A stretch of 64,000 nt of DNA from Paraspadella gotoi (GCA_051294375.1 CM119268.1:11133710-11197709); one strand, 5' to 3'. Counted from the stretch's first letter, positions 12,799 to 27,926 are shown. The notes: generated from the letters alone by a model not told the origin. Numbers and translations: made by a program.

Positions 12799-14335
12799 CC
12801 TTCCTCCCTTTACTCGAACAACCTTGAGAATCATGACGGCCTGCATGACCATCTCGACGAGCTGCGGCGGTCTCCCATATGCCTTCAGCTCGGAGATGTC
12901 CTTCTTGTTGAGGGTGTCGAGGGCCTCGACGGCGGCGTTGAGCATCGGCATCGCCTCCGCGAGATCGGCGTTGGCGGCGTCGGCCATCGCCTGGCATTTC
13001 GTCTCTTCTTCTTTGATCTTTTCACCTTTGGCTTGAACTGTAAAGCAAGTTGGCGGAATCAGCGACTAAACTAGATCGATTAACGTGATAAAACCTAAAA
13101 CGTAAAACCTAAAACCAAAAACATAAAACCTAAAACCTAAAAAAAGCCACATATTAAAATAAAATATAATTCCTAGACACAAGAATAATTTTCTACAATA
13201 TGCAAGTGATATTTTAACATAAATTGCAAAGGATATCTCCAGGCTCAAGTTATAAGAAATTTATTAGACTTCAGAGTTCAGACGGTAAAAGTCGCATTCT
13301 TCATCGATATAGCTACGAAGATTTCGTTCTTCAAATGCTACTGTCTTCAACTGGTCCGAAAAAGGTAAGTAAAACGACGAAATAAAACTCACCCGACTTT
13401 TGCTGTTCGTCCGCTTCTCTCTTTTGCTGAACGATGACGACGAGATATTCTTCGCACTGCTTCTGAAACTGAGCCACTTTGGATTTGGCTTCTTCCAACT
13501 CTTTCGACATCGCTTCAACCTGTCAACGAATTGCAATCGTTGAAGCCTGACCCTTTCGAACCCTTACCCCGAAAGATCGGCGAACTCACCTTCGATCTCG
13601 TTTCGTCGATCTTCGAGAGGCCGTTCTTCAGCCTCTTTGCCGAATTTCCAAGTTCGTTCTTTTTCTCGAACAGAAGTTCCTAATTTTGAGGAACGTAAGT
13701 TCAAATTGCTAACCTTAAAGTCATTTTAAATTTTCATTATGCACATTTTTTTTCTCTCTTTTCACTGCTATCGAAATTAAAAACGATTATCGTTTGTTTC
13801 AATGTTTTAATCTCGCGAGTTTCAACTCACCTTATATCCAGAGGTAAGTTCGAGGTAGTTGGTGGGCGTGACGTAATTATGACGCTTCAACTCGAACAAC
13901 ATTCTCTTGGAATAATCGGCCACCGATCGGTGCATCAGTGAAAATATTTGAATCATGTTGGGACGAGCTGTATAGTATACAAATGCGCTTATGTACTTAT
14001 GCAATTATGTACTCACATCTCAAAATGTGTTGGACATCAGCAAACTTTGTCAATTAGAATAAGCGTCTTTTTTTCGACATTGGGGGCATCACCGGCAGCG
14101 GCAAAAGAAATCATCGATGCAGAGCAGACAATTCACCGCTCAAAATACGTAGAATCTCAACGTGGGCGTGATCACCTGTTTGNNNNNNNNNNAGTGGGTT
14201 TTCCACGATTCATTTGTTTTTTCTTTCTCTCTATCTTATCTTTTCTTTCTTTTTTTGCTTTATTTTTCTATTTCTTACTTTATTTCTTTCTCAACTTCCT
14301 ACTTTGAAAAATATATCTTTCTTTCTCTCTCTTTT

Positions 14336-14374
<39 letters not shown>

Positions 14375-17300
14375 CTCTTTCTCTTCTTTCTTTCTTTCTT
14401 TCTTTCTCTTTTTTCTTTCTTCTTTCTTTCTTTCTTTTCTTTTTTTCTTTCTCTTTTTCTTTCGACCGTCTCTCTCAGTCTAAGTCTCACTAGTCACTCC
14501 CCTCTTCCCCCCATCTCCCAACTCCCTCACCGACTGGGCTCATGCACACAACGACGTGCAGGTTGGCTCTGACCCTGTCGATGAGATATCCGAACATGTT
14601 TTGGGGCGGTGTCTCAATCGCCGTCTTGTTTGGCGTCTTCCGCTAGAGCGTTACGCACCTGGCAGCGGGAGAAGGAAGAGCGAGATATAAAAATTGAGTA
14701 GATTCGGAATAAACCGGGTTATACCGAGGAGAGAAGGAGGAGGCGGTAAAGGAAGAGTAAATAGAGAAGAGAAAAGAACTCGAGTCGAGTGGGAAGAGGA
14801 AGAGGAATAAACCTGGTTATACCGAGGAGAGAAGGAGGAGTCGGTAAAGGAAGAGTAAATAGAGAAGAGAAAAGAACTCGAGTCGAGTGGGAAAACGACG
14901 ACGAAAGATTTTTCGCCGGTCCCGCTTCAAGTTTTACCAACAAATAAAACGACGACGACGGCAGCAATAGATCTCGTAATCGGTTTGACGGCCTTATTTT
15001 CCGAGTACCCACCCATTTTATCTTTAATTCTTCAGAGAAAAACAAAATGTTTTTGAATTTATTATTATAATTTTAATTTTAATAGACGGACATGTTTCGA
15101 CTCTTTGAATTCGAGTCTTCATCAGCATTAAAAAACACTTTGTTTTTCTCTAAATATTAAACAGCAACAAAAAGAAAGGATTATCACATCATGTAGCAAT
15201 CTTTAATTCTGAATCATGTTAGTTTTTACGGGTAAAGATTATATTAAGGGATTAAATTAAGAAAAAGGATTAAGGATTAGGTTGATGATTAGGGTTAAGG
15301 ACTAGAGTTTAGGCTTAGGGGTTTAGGTTTAAGATTAATGTTTAGGATTCGGTTTGGTGATTAAGTTAAGTTGAGACTTGAGAGAATAAGTTTAAGAATA
15401 AGGTTTTAAGTTTTATAATAGTTTTATTAAATCTGAGGCTTAAAATTAAGTTGATTCAGGGGCAGAAATAGGATGCTTTTGGAAAAGAGAGCCAGTTTTA
15501 CAATGAAGATGAAGTTATCATCAACAACGACAACAACAACAGCCTTGTAGACCTCCTCGAATTCGTCGGGCTTGTAGAGATTGGGGACTTCGCCGCTCGA
15601 TAAAATGTTGTTCACGTCTTCGAGGAAAATCTCCTCGATGATTTGAGTGTCGTTGAAGAGGAAGAGAGTCGGCTTGTCCTCCACGCCCGCCATGAAGTAG
15701 AGGCGCTTCATGTCGTCTCTGTGGGTGAAGAGATTGATTGAATCGATCGATCTATTGGTTGATTGAATAACTGATTGATTGCTTTAGTCGTTCATATTTA
15801 AATATATTCATTCACTCCTTTATTCATTCACTCATTCATTTTTTTTTCAGTGATTGATCATAAATCTTGAACAATCGCATTTACTATTTCTCCTAATTGT
15901 GTACGTTGATAAATAATTAATCGACCATAAAAAGGATCGCGGATCGAGGCTACCAACCTAAACTCCTGCTTCTTGTAAGTCTTCGTAACTTCGATCTGAA
16001 AAACTTGATACTCGCATATGAAGGCGGCGAGTCTGGAGAGGCTCTGACGACCAGATCCGCCGATGCCGATGAGCAGCATGTTGCCGCGGGGTTGACGAAC
16101 GACTCGAACCACCTTCGAAACGTGTTCGATCGCGTCCTGAGGAGGGTGGGCGGGATGGGAAAGGGGTAGGGCAAAGTGAAGAGAAGGTGGAAAGAAGGGA
16201 AATGGATCGTGAATCTTTCGCTGGAAAAATTAACCAATCGACAGAAACGACGACGATAGTTTGAACGATGGAGGAAGCAGTTGCGACGGTGAGAGTGACG
16301 ACAAAAGGAGTGACTCATAAAACGACGATGGAAGTAGCAAAAGAGACAAGTTTTGTGCGTGTGTTTGAGTCCGCTGCTTCAGGAGCCGCTGCAAGGGGGT
16401 TTCTTTGAAAAAAAAAGTGCCCATAATCATCGTCATCAACCTTGAAAAGGACGAGATCCATCCGAACGACTCCCGGCGTCGCGTTGTAGTCCACCAGCAT
16501 TTCCTCCATGAACTTTTTCAGCGCCGGAAAGTCGACCAGATCCTCGTAGATGATGTCTGGGTTCATGTAGTCCCCGAAGATCGGCTGCTGCCTGCGGGGG
16601 TTGAGGTAAGGTCAAAGATACTTAAAGTCAAACCGGAAAGTTACGAACTTTGCGTTATAGTTTAGCATTCCTTATTGGAGATAAAAAAATATGCACGGTA
16701 TCTTACATTTTAACTTCATGACTACACGAGATAGATAATAATCGTTTTTCGTGTATTTCGAGAAAGATTAAAAAAGTCTCACGACAATTTATCGAAGCTT
16801 GTAAATGCAAGGAATTTTTAATAAAAAATCCATTCTTATCTCCGATACAATTACAAATCAACGAATATGAAAGAATATTTGATGATTTTTTTGTACTGCG
16901 ATATGTAAATGAGATTAAAGGTCTTCGACATTCCACCCAACTCGCCTATTGGGGCAGACCCCGTGAAAATTGAGATCGAAGAGCGTCCCCAGCTTTTCGT
17001 TGAGGAGGTTGACGAAAGCATCGTAGTCTTTGGCGTCGACGAGGCGATCGGAGAAGACGCGGAAGCACTCGTGGATCTGGACGGAGCAGATATGGAAGAT
17101 GGGAAAACAATTTTGATTTAGTTCGGTTCGATAAAAATTATTTTAGATTCAGTTTAAAGGTAAAATAAAATTAATGATTTTAATTTAATTTTTATTTTTT
17201 AAATCTTTTAAAATGCCTATAGGTAATCAGGTAGTTAGGTAATTAGGTATTAGGTATGTAGTTCGCCAAAAACAGTCATTTTCTCAAAGTGAATGGCATA

Positions 17301-20300
17301 GTTTGGCATACCCAAAGACGAATGACGGCCTGTTTGGTGTCGTGAAAGTCTCGATGGGCACGGAGGAGACCTTGGAAGATCTTTGGAAAATAATGGATTG
17401 AAGATAAAAGAGTGGATTAGTAATAAAGGAACTATTAACAATCAAACGCGTATCAAAAAAAAACGAAGGCTAATTAATTTAAAATATTAATAATAATAAT
17501 AATAATAATAAATTCGGCTCACTGACTCACCCTGGAAATGTCCCTCAAGTTGAAAAGGTAATGGATCTTGGTGGGCGTGGGCAAGAATCGAGCGATGATC
17601 GCGTTGTACATTTCGATCGTCGCCTGCGTGACGGTGTCGCCCACCGGCTTCACTTCTTCGTCAAAGTCTTGAAGTTTCTGACTGATCATCGTTCCGAAGA
17701 TTCGCTTGATTTGAGATTCCTGGACGGGATTTGATTGATTGATTTGATTGTTTTGATTTATTCATTTATTTATCTATCTTCTATTTATTTATTTAGTTCT
17801 GACTTGAGGAAACGTCATGTTGATGAGATTGAATCTGGACTGGAGTCGCTTTGAAATGACCATCCTGCCTCCGCCAGGAGGTCCCATCGCTGCAAGCAGA
17901 AACATGTCCCGAACATGTTTTATCGTTTGCTTGTTCCGATCGTACCTGACAAGAAAGAATTAACGGGTCGCAATCTCATCAGTCGTTTAAATCCTCCAAT
18001 TTGCCAAAACCAACCAGAATCCGTAGTCCAGCCAGAGTTTGATGAGTTCGAGCGGCGGTTGGACCCGAACTCGTCCTTGGCGGGCATGTTGAGGTCGTCC
18101 AGGAACGCCACCAACTTTTTCCCGCCGATGGGAACGTAGACACCTATATTTTTTCGGGGGGGGGGAATCGAAGATGAAAGAATTTTTACTTGATTTGTTG
18201 TCATTGTGTAAGGACTTTCAAATTTCTTTACCTTAATAATTAGAGAGAAATCACAGTTATTGTGTTTTTATCACAAACAAAACGACACTTTGCGCTGAAA
18301 AAGACTCGAAAAAGTTTGTTTATAAGAAAAACGCAAATTACGTAAACAAAAACAAACTATGAATTCTCTCTAACTTTCATTAACTTTCATTAACTTTAAT
18401 TTGTTTTAATTTGTCTCAATTTTTACTCGATAGGCTGGGGTGAGTTTTTTCCGCTGCGTTTTAACTTACCTTTCGTTCGTTTTTCTACTCGAGACTCGAT
18501 AATATCCTGCACGTTGTTTGAACTGGTCTGTAATTGTAATAGAAAATAATTGGGTTACCAAAATAATTTTTAAAAAACAACTGAAGCATTCGTATGAATG
18601 TTGTAAACCTGTGCAGAGAGATTGACAGTGAGGACGCTGATCAACTTGGGATCAAGCTTGGCAAGGACGGAGGTCGCCACCGAAGTTTTCCCAGTTCCGA
18701 CTGGCCCCACCTGGAAGAAAAGTTGATTGATTAATCGATTTATTATTTGGTTTCATTCATTCATTTATTTATTTATTTTTTAATTTATTCATTTTTTAAT
18801 ATATTCATTTTTTAATTTATTTATTTTTTAATTTATTTATTTTTTATTTATTTATTTATTTAATTTTTTTCACCCACTAAGTATTTGAAACTAGTTCACT
18901 GACCAGTAGGCAGGGTTTCCCAGTTGCGATGAGACTGTGTACGACGAAATTATAGCGCACCGTGTCGACAGTCGGAACGATGAGTTTGTAAAACGGCAGC
19001 GCGGGGTTGTATCTGGTAGAAAACAGGTAAGTAGGGTAAGTATGTAATGGGGATAGGAAAAATGGTATAACAAAGGGTATCAAGGATACATAAAAGGGGG
19101 AGAAGGGAGAGGCAAGGTTTGTAGACCCCGAGACCGAGAGGAGAAGACGTTGTGTCGATCTCCAAGACCCTAATCCGTGATTCGGGGATGAGGAGGAGGG
19201 GACGACGAGAGGAGGAGGATGAGGAGGCGTTCAGAGAGGGGGGAGAGAAGGCCAGGGGGAGAGAAAGGTTCTGGCGGTAGGGTGAGCCTCTATCCTGGAA
19301 ACATTAAAAGCAATAGAAGGCGACGATGACAAAGACGAAAACGACGAAGACAACGTCCTGACCTCCATCCGCCTCTCAGCTTGTCCTCCCAAAGCATCCA
19401 GGCTCGCTGCTTCGAGTCCACGAAATATTCGTAGATGGTGTCGCGGTTGGGAAACGTTCCCTCCATTTCTCGGATGAAACCGTCGAGCTTCTTGCGACCG
19501 GCTGAGGGGGGAGGGAGGTGGGGGTTGGTGGAAAGGGGTGAAATTGTCCGCGATCCGAGCGGAAGTGACCTCTGACCAACACTGTCCAATAGAGTGATGT
19601 GAAAATGATAAAATTTTAGAAAATTAAAATTTAGCATATAAAACATAAACATAAAAACCAATAAAAATATTTTGGTAAATTTATTTTTTAATTTTATACA
19701 TTAGTGGGTACCAGTGAGCTATATTTATATATAGTAATAAGTATATAATAGGCTAAAATTTTAAAATACAAATTTTTAAATTTTAAGATCGGATTTGGAT
19801 TTTAAATTTCCAGCTTAAAAATATAGTTTTTTGTAATTTTAACCTACTTAATGACATAATTTTTAAAAAAGATTTATACTTTCTTTTATTAACTTTTAAC
19901 GAGGAATCTGAATCTGTTTTCAGAACTAAAAAAAAACTATTTTGAAATTTTGACATTATATAAAATAAGCTGACTGGGCTACTATATTTATAAAAAAAAG
20001 AAAAATAATTACAGATTAGTATTCACTAATATGATAGTTTTCAAAATATAACTGCTAAATTTTTATTTCAAACTTTCACTTCACCCTACTGTCCAACCCT
20101 GCAAAGCTTGAGTTGATAAATCCGCAACGGAACCAACCTTCATCCACTGAACCGCAAACGGACCAAATGAGGCAGAAGAGGAACCAAAGCTCCACCATTC
20201 GGACGAAAACCTCTTGTTCCGCCGTCATGTCCACCTGGCGTGGAAAATAAAGGTCAACGTGTTATTCCATGGCGTATCATGTTTTTTTTCTAACCATTTC

Positions 20301-21323
20301 GTATCGTTAGTTAGCGCGTTTTTTTTGCTGCTTTACGCTCTCTTTTGGTTTTGACGAGGCGTAATCCTCTGCTAATTAGTTGAGTATCGTTTACATTTTT
20401 GAGCTATCAAAACTTTTAAGCTTTGTTTTGTTTTTTAGCTAAGCTCTTATTAATAAAAGGTTAAAATATTTTTTGAATAATTTTTAGATTAAAAAAAAAA
20501 AACCATGCGCTTGAATTAATTTCGAAAAAAAAAACGAACAAAAATATTCACCAAGGAAAAGTAAAAAAATCAATCTTTAGTCCTGTGAACAAACTGGATA
20601 ATGGATATTGAAATTAACAAAGATAAAAACAATAAAGTAAACATGCGTCTGGGTGCGAACACATGCAGTCGACGTGCAGTCGAATTCTGCCGAAGATAGT
20701 AGAAGAAAATTATCCATGGATTGGATTCGTTTTGTCACGAAGCTCCGCAAAGACGGCGCTTAAAAAACAAAAGGGCAGCAAACATAAACAAACCTTGTTC
20801 ATTTCGGCCGGAACAATTATCTTCGATTCCCGAAAGAAATTGGGAAAAAAACATTTTAGTGAAAGTCAAGAAGAAACGATGCAACGGAAAACCGAAACTT
20901 AAATCGTTACATTCATTTTCAATTGTTATATACATTTACATATACGACCCAAGCGTGTTTTCGTTTCCCACACTTAAACAGAAATGACAAAACATTTAAA
21001 AAAACTAAAATGGCAAAAATAAGGGATTTTTTTTAATAAATAACCAAGACATACAGAATGTGAGTATTTTACAATGACATTTGAACGGAGGACATACAAA
21101 TGATTAATGATTAATTAATGAATAATATGCTCATGGAGAAATTCAGAAAGGAACGAAAATATTTGTGTGATTTGAAAAAAGAATTTAAAAAATACAAACA
21201 AAAAAATCTCTCTTTCTCTCTCAATGAGCCTTAAGTCGCGATTAATTAATATTGTCTACTGTCTATTGTCTCTCTCTCTCTCTCTTTCTTTCTTTCTCGC
21301 TCTCTCTCTCTCTCTCTCTTTTT

Positions 21324-21410
<87 letters not shown>

Positions 21411-24400
21411 ACCCCATTTTCCACGGTTGCCAGCGAATCAAAAAGACGGCATAGGGATATTACGCCGTTGAGTTCGGCAATTTCCACCATGCTCTTGCAA
21501 AATGTTCGCTTGAAGTCGAGAACCCTGTAGTAAACATTAACATAAACATAGGGTGGAGTGATGAAAAGATTGAGTGATTGAACATTATTTTTTGCTGCCT
21601 ATGGACATATAATTAATGAATTTTAAATCCTTTTAAAATTTTTTTTAGCATAACAGTATAGCAAATTTAATTATTTATGTAGTAATATCCTTATAAAATC
21701 GTCAAATTTCAAATAATTTTTTTTTATTTTTAAAAACTGATTTGGATTCGCTGTAAAAAACTAAGAAACTTTTATAAAATATGTTATATGATATTTTAAT
21801 GTTTAGATAAAAAAAATGACTAAAACGTTTTAACATATATAAGTTTCTACTACAGAGAATAAAAAGTCAGGAATTTTCACCTTTTTTCTTATTTTAAACA
21901 TTGAAGATGACAGAATTTTTGATAACATGTTTTATATTTTTGATTCACCTTTTTATGAAGAATCTGAATCTTTATTAAAAGTTTTATAAAAATTATTTTT
22001 AAAATTTACTATTTTATAAGGATATTACTATAAATATATTATATTTTACTATTCTGTTTCCGAGATAATATGAACAAAATATTTTTTGTACTAGTTAATC
22101 GTACTATCTAACATCTAAATATCATTGTTCAATCATTCAAATAATTCTTTTGTTCTTGAGTGCTCCACTCTAGTAAACAATTATCTTGAGTTCTCTAAAT
22201 GCGAATAGGAGAAGGTAAAAATATTTTTTTATGTCATGAAATGTTCTCATTATTATAATTAATTAATAAATATAAAAGTACATTAATTTTTATTTTTTCC
22301 TCACCTATACATGTACTTCTCGAAAAGCCGCCTCAGCTCGTCCGCCATGACGGCTTCCTCTTTGAGCGCCAGCCAAGAGTTGACCATTGGCTGCCAACCG
22401 AGTTCATTGTAATCGAGGAAGACCATTCCGCATCTGGAGACGGTGGCCGGGGACGCCACGCCCAGGTCTTGCACCTCGAACAACAGCGACACCTTGGGTA
22501 CAGAGAGAGTGGGAGGCAAAATTGGAAATTTGGAATTGGGAAAAGCAACGTGGCGCCAATGAATAATAAAAGAAAAATCTTTATGCTTCGAGGCTTTAGA
22601 TAAAAAATTGTCTGGAGAGTATTTAAATAAAAAATCTTTATATTGTGTAATGAACAAAATTGGATCTATTAAAACTTAGTCTTTATGCTACAATTTAATA
22701 CGAGTCCTTTGTTCAACAAAGCCTTGCAAGAGCTCTACTCATCAGTGAAATGTAACCATACAACAACCCGCTCGACATTACCTGATCCGGCATCGAGATT
22801 CGCTCCCCGTTGATAAGCGTGAGGACTTTATTGTCGTCCATCACAGAATTCATTGATTCGATCCAGAGGGTGTCGACGGGGCCGTCGAGGAGGAGCCACT
22901 TCTCGTCCAGCTTCTCGTCGGAGCAGGCTTGCCGCATCACCGACGACAGCACCCCTGGAGGTTCAATCGTGGAGAAAATGTTGCATGGGATGCTGTTACC
23001 TCTATGGACAGAACTCAGAGTCATTCCGGTTTTATATTACAAGTCAAATGAGACAGTATGACACACATACAAAAAAAAATATTTGTGCTGAACTAATAAA
23101 AATATAACGTGGGGGGAAAAGAAAAGGCAAGAAGACGCAATCGACAAAGAAGTGACATAGACACAGTTTTGTTTCGGCCCATGACTATAAATAACTATAC
23201 TGACCGTCTGTCCATTCGTTGGTGCTGAGATCAAATTCTCCGTAAAGTTCTCCCATCGATAACGCCTTAGGATTGATCGGAAAGTCCTGTAGTAAAAGGA
23301 ATCGGGTAAAACCGTTTAGTTTAAAAAAAGTTTATACATATTACATAGTACAAAAACATCTTAAATAAAGTGGAAGGTTCTTGAAGAGTGAAGTGCCTTT
23401 TTTTATCTCAAAATAAAAGAATGATTAGGTATGTACAGATATCGAAGGTACAATTATAATTTCGTGTCCAAGCCGCTGGGAGAAAGGAATCATTTTAATT
23501 TAAAAGCACTTAGTTTGTATTGATTTTTATAATTTGCCAAAGATTTATACAGGTGGAACTGAATTTTGGCACCGATTTCAAGATTGTGAAAAGCGTTGCA
23601 GTTCCACTCAAAACCACCTGTCCAAAGTAGCAAAACGAATAATTAGTGGATTTATATAATTATATAAATAATAATCTGTATCAATATTTTAATAACTTAC
23701 GGCCTGATGATCAATTTTCAATTCATTTTCCCAAAAAGAAAAGAGGTAATGAGAAACATGCGATAATAATCAGTAAATACTTAAAAAACGACTAACTAAA
23801 CTGGCATCCAATTAATTAGTAAGTTAAATACACCGGGAACAGTTTAAAAACTGTTTAAAAACAATCACATGCACAAATCCTTGACAGTAAAACTATTTAC
23901 GAATCATGCAATCTGTTTGACCTTTGTTAACATTCATAAATAATCCCACAAAAAGTAAGAAATTAAAAACGGCCCATTTATAAAGAAACTAAACTGGTAC
24001 AGAAAAACTCACTTTGACTGTAGGGTATGTCGTGTCTCCCGCTTTGTGCAGCCTCGTAAGTGTAGCTTGCAGTAACTTCCAAACGACGGATTTGCCCGAC
24101 AATGTCTGCCCCACCAACATAACCGAGTGGCGGGAATTTTTAGTTTCGTAAAGTTGAATTACCTGGGAAAGAAATAATATTATGTTAAGTTTTTTGTGTT
24201 TTTTTTTTTTTTTTAATGTTATGTTTGTTTTTTTTTAATTTTGAAAAGGAGTAATATTTGATAAATGCTGGTGAATATGAGAAGAAATTAAATATGATCA
24301 GAAATTAAAACTTGAGTTGAAATAGTATAAGTTGATAACAAATTTATGTAACACATGTACCTTCGTTTTGATAATTTCCGTGCATTGCAGATTGCGGGAC

Positions 24401-27400
24401 TTGCACTCCTCTTCTAATGTCTCCTCCAACTAAACATTGAAAACAAAATTTAAAAAAATATGAACTTTTAGGACAAACAAAATTTAAGGTCACATCTTTT
24501 ACATACATTGAATTTTGTAATCTTAAGTTTATTTTGCTACAATATTGGCGCTCATTGGCAGTATTTTATGGAAACGATTCCAATATCGATCCGCGATTTT
24601 AACGCTAGGTGGCATCTTTATTTTTTAACATCTCCCAGCCTCCATCCCACCTTGCTGTAGTCGATGAGCGGCGTCTCGACTCCGGGAAAAAGATCGCTCA
24701 TGATCGCGTTGAAGAGTGGAAGGTCGTTGGTGGTCATCTTGGGGATGTTCATGTCCTTCATGGCCAACAGCAGGATCTGAAACGATGCAGTGACCATAAA
24801 AAAAATATTCTCTTTCAAAATTCACTCGAATTCTCAAAAAAAATTATATTAGTTTTTATGTTTTGATTTTCTGCGAATTAGTCACTTTTATTACGTAAAG
24901 TAACTCATTACAACAACGCGGAAAACTAACTAGAGGAAATAATAAAACCATATGATTTGAAAGTGATTAAAAATAGCATACTTGTAACTGAATTAAATCA
25001 GGGAAATGAGAACAGGTAGTCACAAAGTTTCCTCATTAAACGAAAAACACTTAGTTTCACATATGCAAACTTACCACCTAAAAGATAAAAGAAAAGAAAG
25101 AAAAAAAAACATAAATAAACTGACATTTATAAACATTTGTCTAGATTGTGGATAGAAGGCTTGCAATAGGTAAACATTTCTATAACATTCTATAACATAT
25201 AACATTTCAGGAGCCGCAGCAAGGGGGCTTCTTTGAAAAAAAGTGCCCGAGTATGTGGAGCTGAATAGCTCAGAATCAGGCCATATCATTTAAGTCCTTT
25301 AGTAGTTAATATAACCTTACCTTTAGACGAGTAACTTTAAGCAACAAGCTTCTCATCTATTCGATGCTAAAAAGTAAGGGTTCTTACCTCCTCGTCGGGT
25401 AAGGAGGTGAGGGATCTCTTTTTCCTTCCCGCGTGGCGCAAAACTGAGACCAGAGCGCGAAGCCCATAGTCGTAATGATCCTGATGTGTAGTGGATTTTT
25501 TGAATTACAGTATATTAAACTAAACTAAATTGAACCAATTTTACAATAATTTAAACTTTTCATGAAAAAGTTATACTACTTCATTGAATGAGAAGCTCGG
25601 CACTTGATCTTGGAGTTAATAAATTATAATGAGAGAGTCTGGATTGAAAGCTTGCATTTAAGCATCCTGCTAAAACCTACCAAGTCAGGGCAGGATAGCA
25701 TATTCGTTAATTGACTTTATATATTTTGAATTGGTTTCACAATTTTGATACTTTTTTTAATCCTCCAATCTCTTTTCTTCCTTTTTGATGACATTTACGC
25801 CTATAAACCATATTTTCGACTATTAACCTTTTAAAAAAATTGTCCAAAAGCCTTTATTAGCTAACCCACCTGTTTAGAGAGTTGTTGAACGGCCAGCGAG
25901 TACAGAGTGTACACTTTTTTAGCCAAGATCTTCGTGTTGTTGAATCCTTCGCCGAAAAGAATGATTTCAGCGATGTAGTTAGAATCGGGCACCACCATGG
26001 AAATCGGTCTGAACATGGCCTTGAGATTGTCGGGCAGCTCGGTTCTGCCCGCGTAGCTGGGGTTCATGGTGATGAAGACCCCGCAGCTCCAAATGAGGTT
26101 GATCTCTCTTCCCTCGAAGACGAACCGAGTTTGCGAGGCCGACAAGGCCGACAGGATCGACAGGATTTGCTGCGCCACGACCGACAAGACCTGATTCACA
26201 AGGGTTGGCGTAACTTGACAATGATGTTCGTTGGTTGTTTTTATTTTGAATTAACAACTCGTTGTACCTCAATGTTGATTCGGTTAAACTCGTCAAAACA
26301 TCCCCACGCTCCGGTTTGAGCCAAACCGGAAAACATTCGCCCCATGGATTTGTAGTCCAAACCTAAAAAAAAAATCAAATAATAGATAAGTATTTGTATT
26401 ATACGAGTAAAGTCCACTAAATTAATGCAAGAGCTCATTTAAGTCACTTTTCGGTCGGTCGGTCCCACTTACGTTTGTTGCTCATTTTTTTTTAAATAAA
26501 AAACCTCAAATCTAAGAGACTGCTAGCGCCGCCTTCATGGATTCCTAAAACTAAATAATAAAAGACATAATTTTGATGCAGTACATGGCAGTTGGGTACG
26601 GGCAAATAAGTTTTTTAGTCATGTCATATCATGTCATCAAAGGGGAATAGACGTGAAAATAAAGTTCAAACTGCACGGGCAAACGTAATACCTTAATAAG
26701 TTAATTTAAAATTTAACAAACCAGTTTTTTACGTCAGGAAAAAACTTAAATTTATCGTTCTGTCAAATTGTCATTACTTATTGTAGGAGCTACATGTGAA
26801 AAACCAGTTTGCCCAGTTTTTGAAAAAGGAAAAATAGTATATTGGGCAAATCAGATTTCCAATTTTGAATGTGATGAACTCAGAACTTTTTTTTCAAATA
26901 TTTTTAATAAATTAATTAATAATATTAATAAAGCCCTTACCCTCGGAGCAGTTGACGACGATGACGTACTGGCCCAACGCTTTCCCCAAATCTTTGGTCG
27001 ACTCCGTCTTGCCGGTTCCGGCGGGCCCTTTGGGCGACCCGCCCCGGTGGAGGTGCATGGCCGTGGTCAGGGTCATGTAGCACCTGTCGGTCAGCGGAGT
27101 GATGACCAGACGACCCGAGTTTCCCAGGTACTCGTACCCATAGCGGAATTGAGTGTTGGTCTGGCGAATCACGCAGTCATCGAGATCACGATCCCAGTAG
27201 AATCTGAGGGAGTGAGAAGGTTTCGGGGTGTTGCCAGATTGGGTGGCGGCGGGGTGGTGAATAATAATAATTAGCATACGAACGATTTTAAATAATAAAT
27301 CATCACCGAAAAAAAACCAACGCCGTCTCGAGTTTGAGAATCACCTCAACTGACTCAGCCAATCGAAGGCCGTGACTTCGCTGCATCCCGCTTTGACGAG

Positions 27401-27895
27401 TTTCTCGATGACGTCGCGCGCGTGAACTTCGATGGTCACCAAGGAGACGATTTTGGCGCGTTGGAGTTTGGTCAAGTTTCCTCGGATGGCCTCTGAGAAC
27501 TTGTTAAGCATCGCCACCTGGTAGGGAGGGAGGAAGGAAGCTCAGGTGCGTCAGGTGCTAATGTTGTCATCGCCTTTTGTAAACAAGAGGCGCCACCTGT
27601 TTGCGTTTCGCGATTTTGAGGGCGCGCTTGTCGCCACGTTCTTTGGTAGAGGACAGGGCCTGTTAGATTGAGGTCGAGAGAAAATGTTAGGGTTAAAATA
27701 TGAAGAAATTAAAAGGATAAGAACAATACTAATTATTATGAAAACAGTACCAGAAAACAATGCCATTGTAGCGGTCATAATCATGGATTATTGGCGAATA
27801 ACAATGTGATACAGAGAATACATGTAATGTAGATTGTTAGAACATGGAAGATCATCAGACGAGACTAAGAAGAGAGAGCACTGCAAGATAAAGTA

Positions 27896-27926
<31 letters not shown>

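Noticed and set aside
14162-14572. ORFs rich in S/L/F or R/E/K (also 161-568, 1419-1649, 6892-7299, 21224-21530, 43541-43853, 44494-44761)
   Set aside because: Translations of (CT)n/(GA)n/(CTTT)n and poly-A microsatellites.
15240-15410. Interstitial telomeric array (also aaacct repeats at 13090-13140)
   Set aside because: Only degenerate ttagg-like words, with no consecutive perfect telomere units.
18050-18070. Programmed frameshift or pseudogenising mutation in AAA3
   Set aside because: A single missing C in a short homopolymer restores [12 protein letters not shown], consistent with the assembly's error profile.
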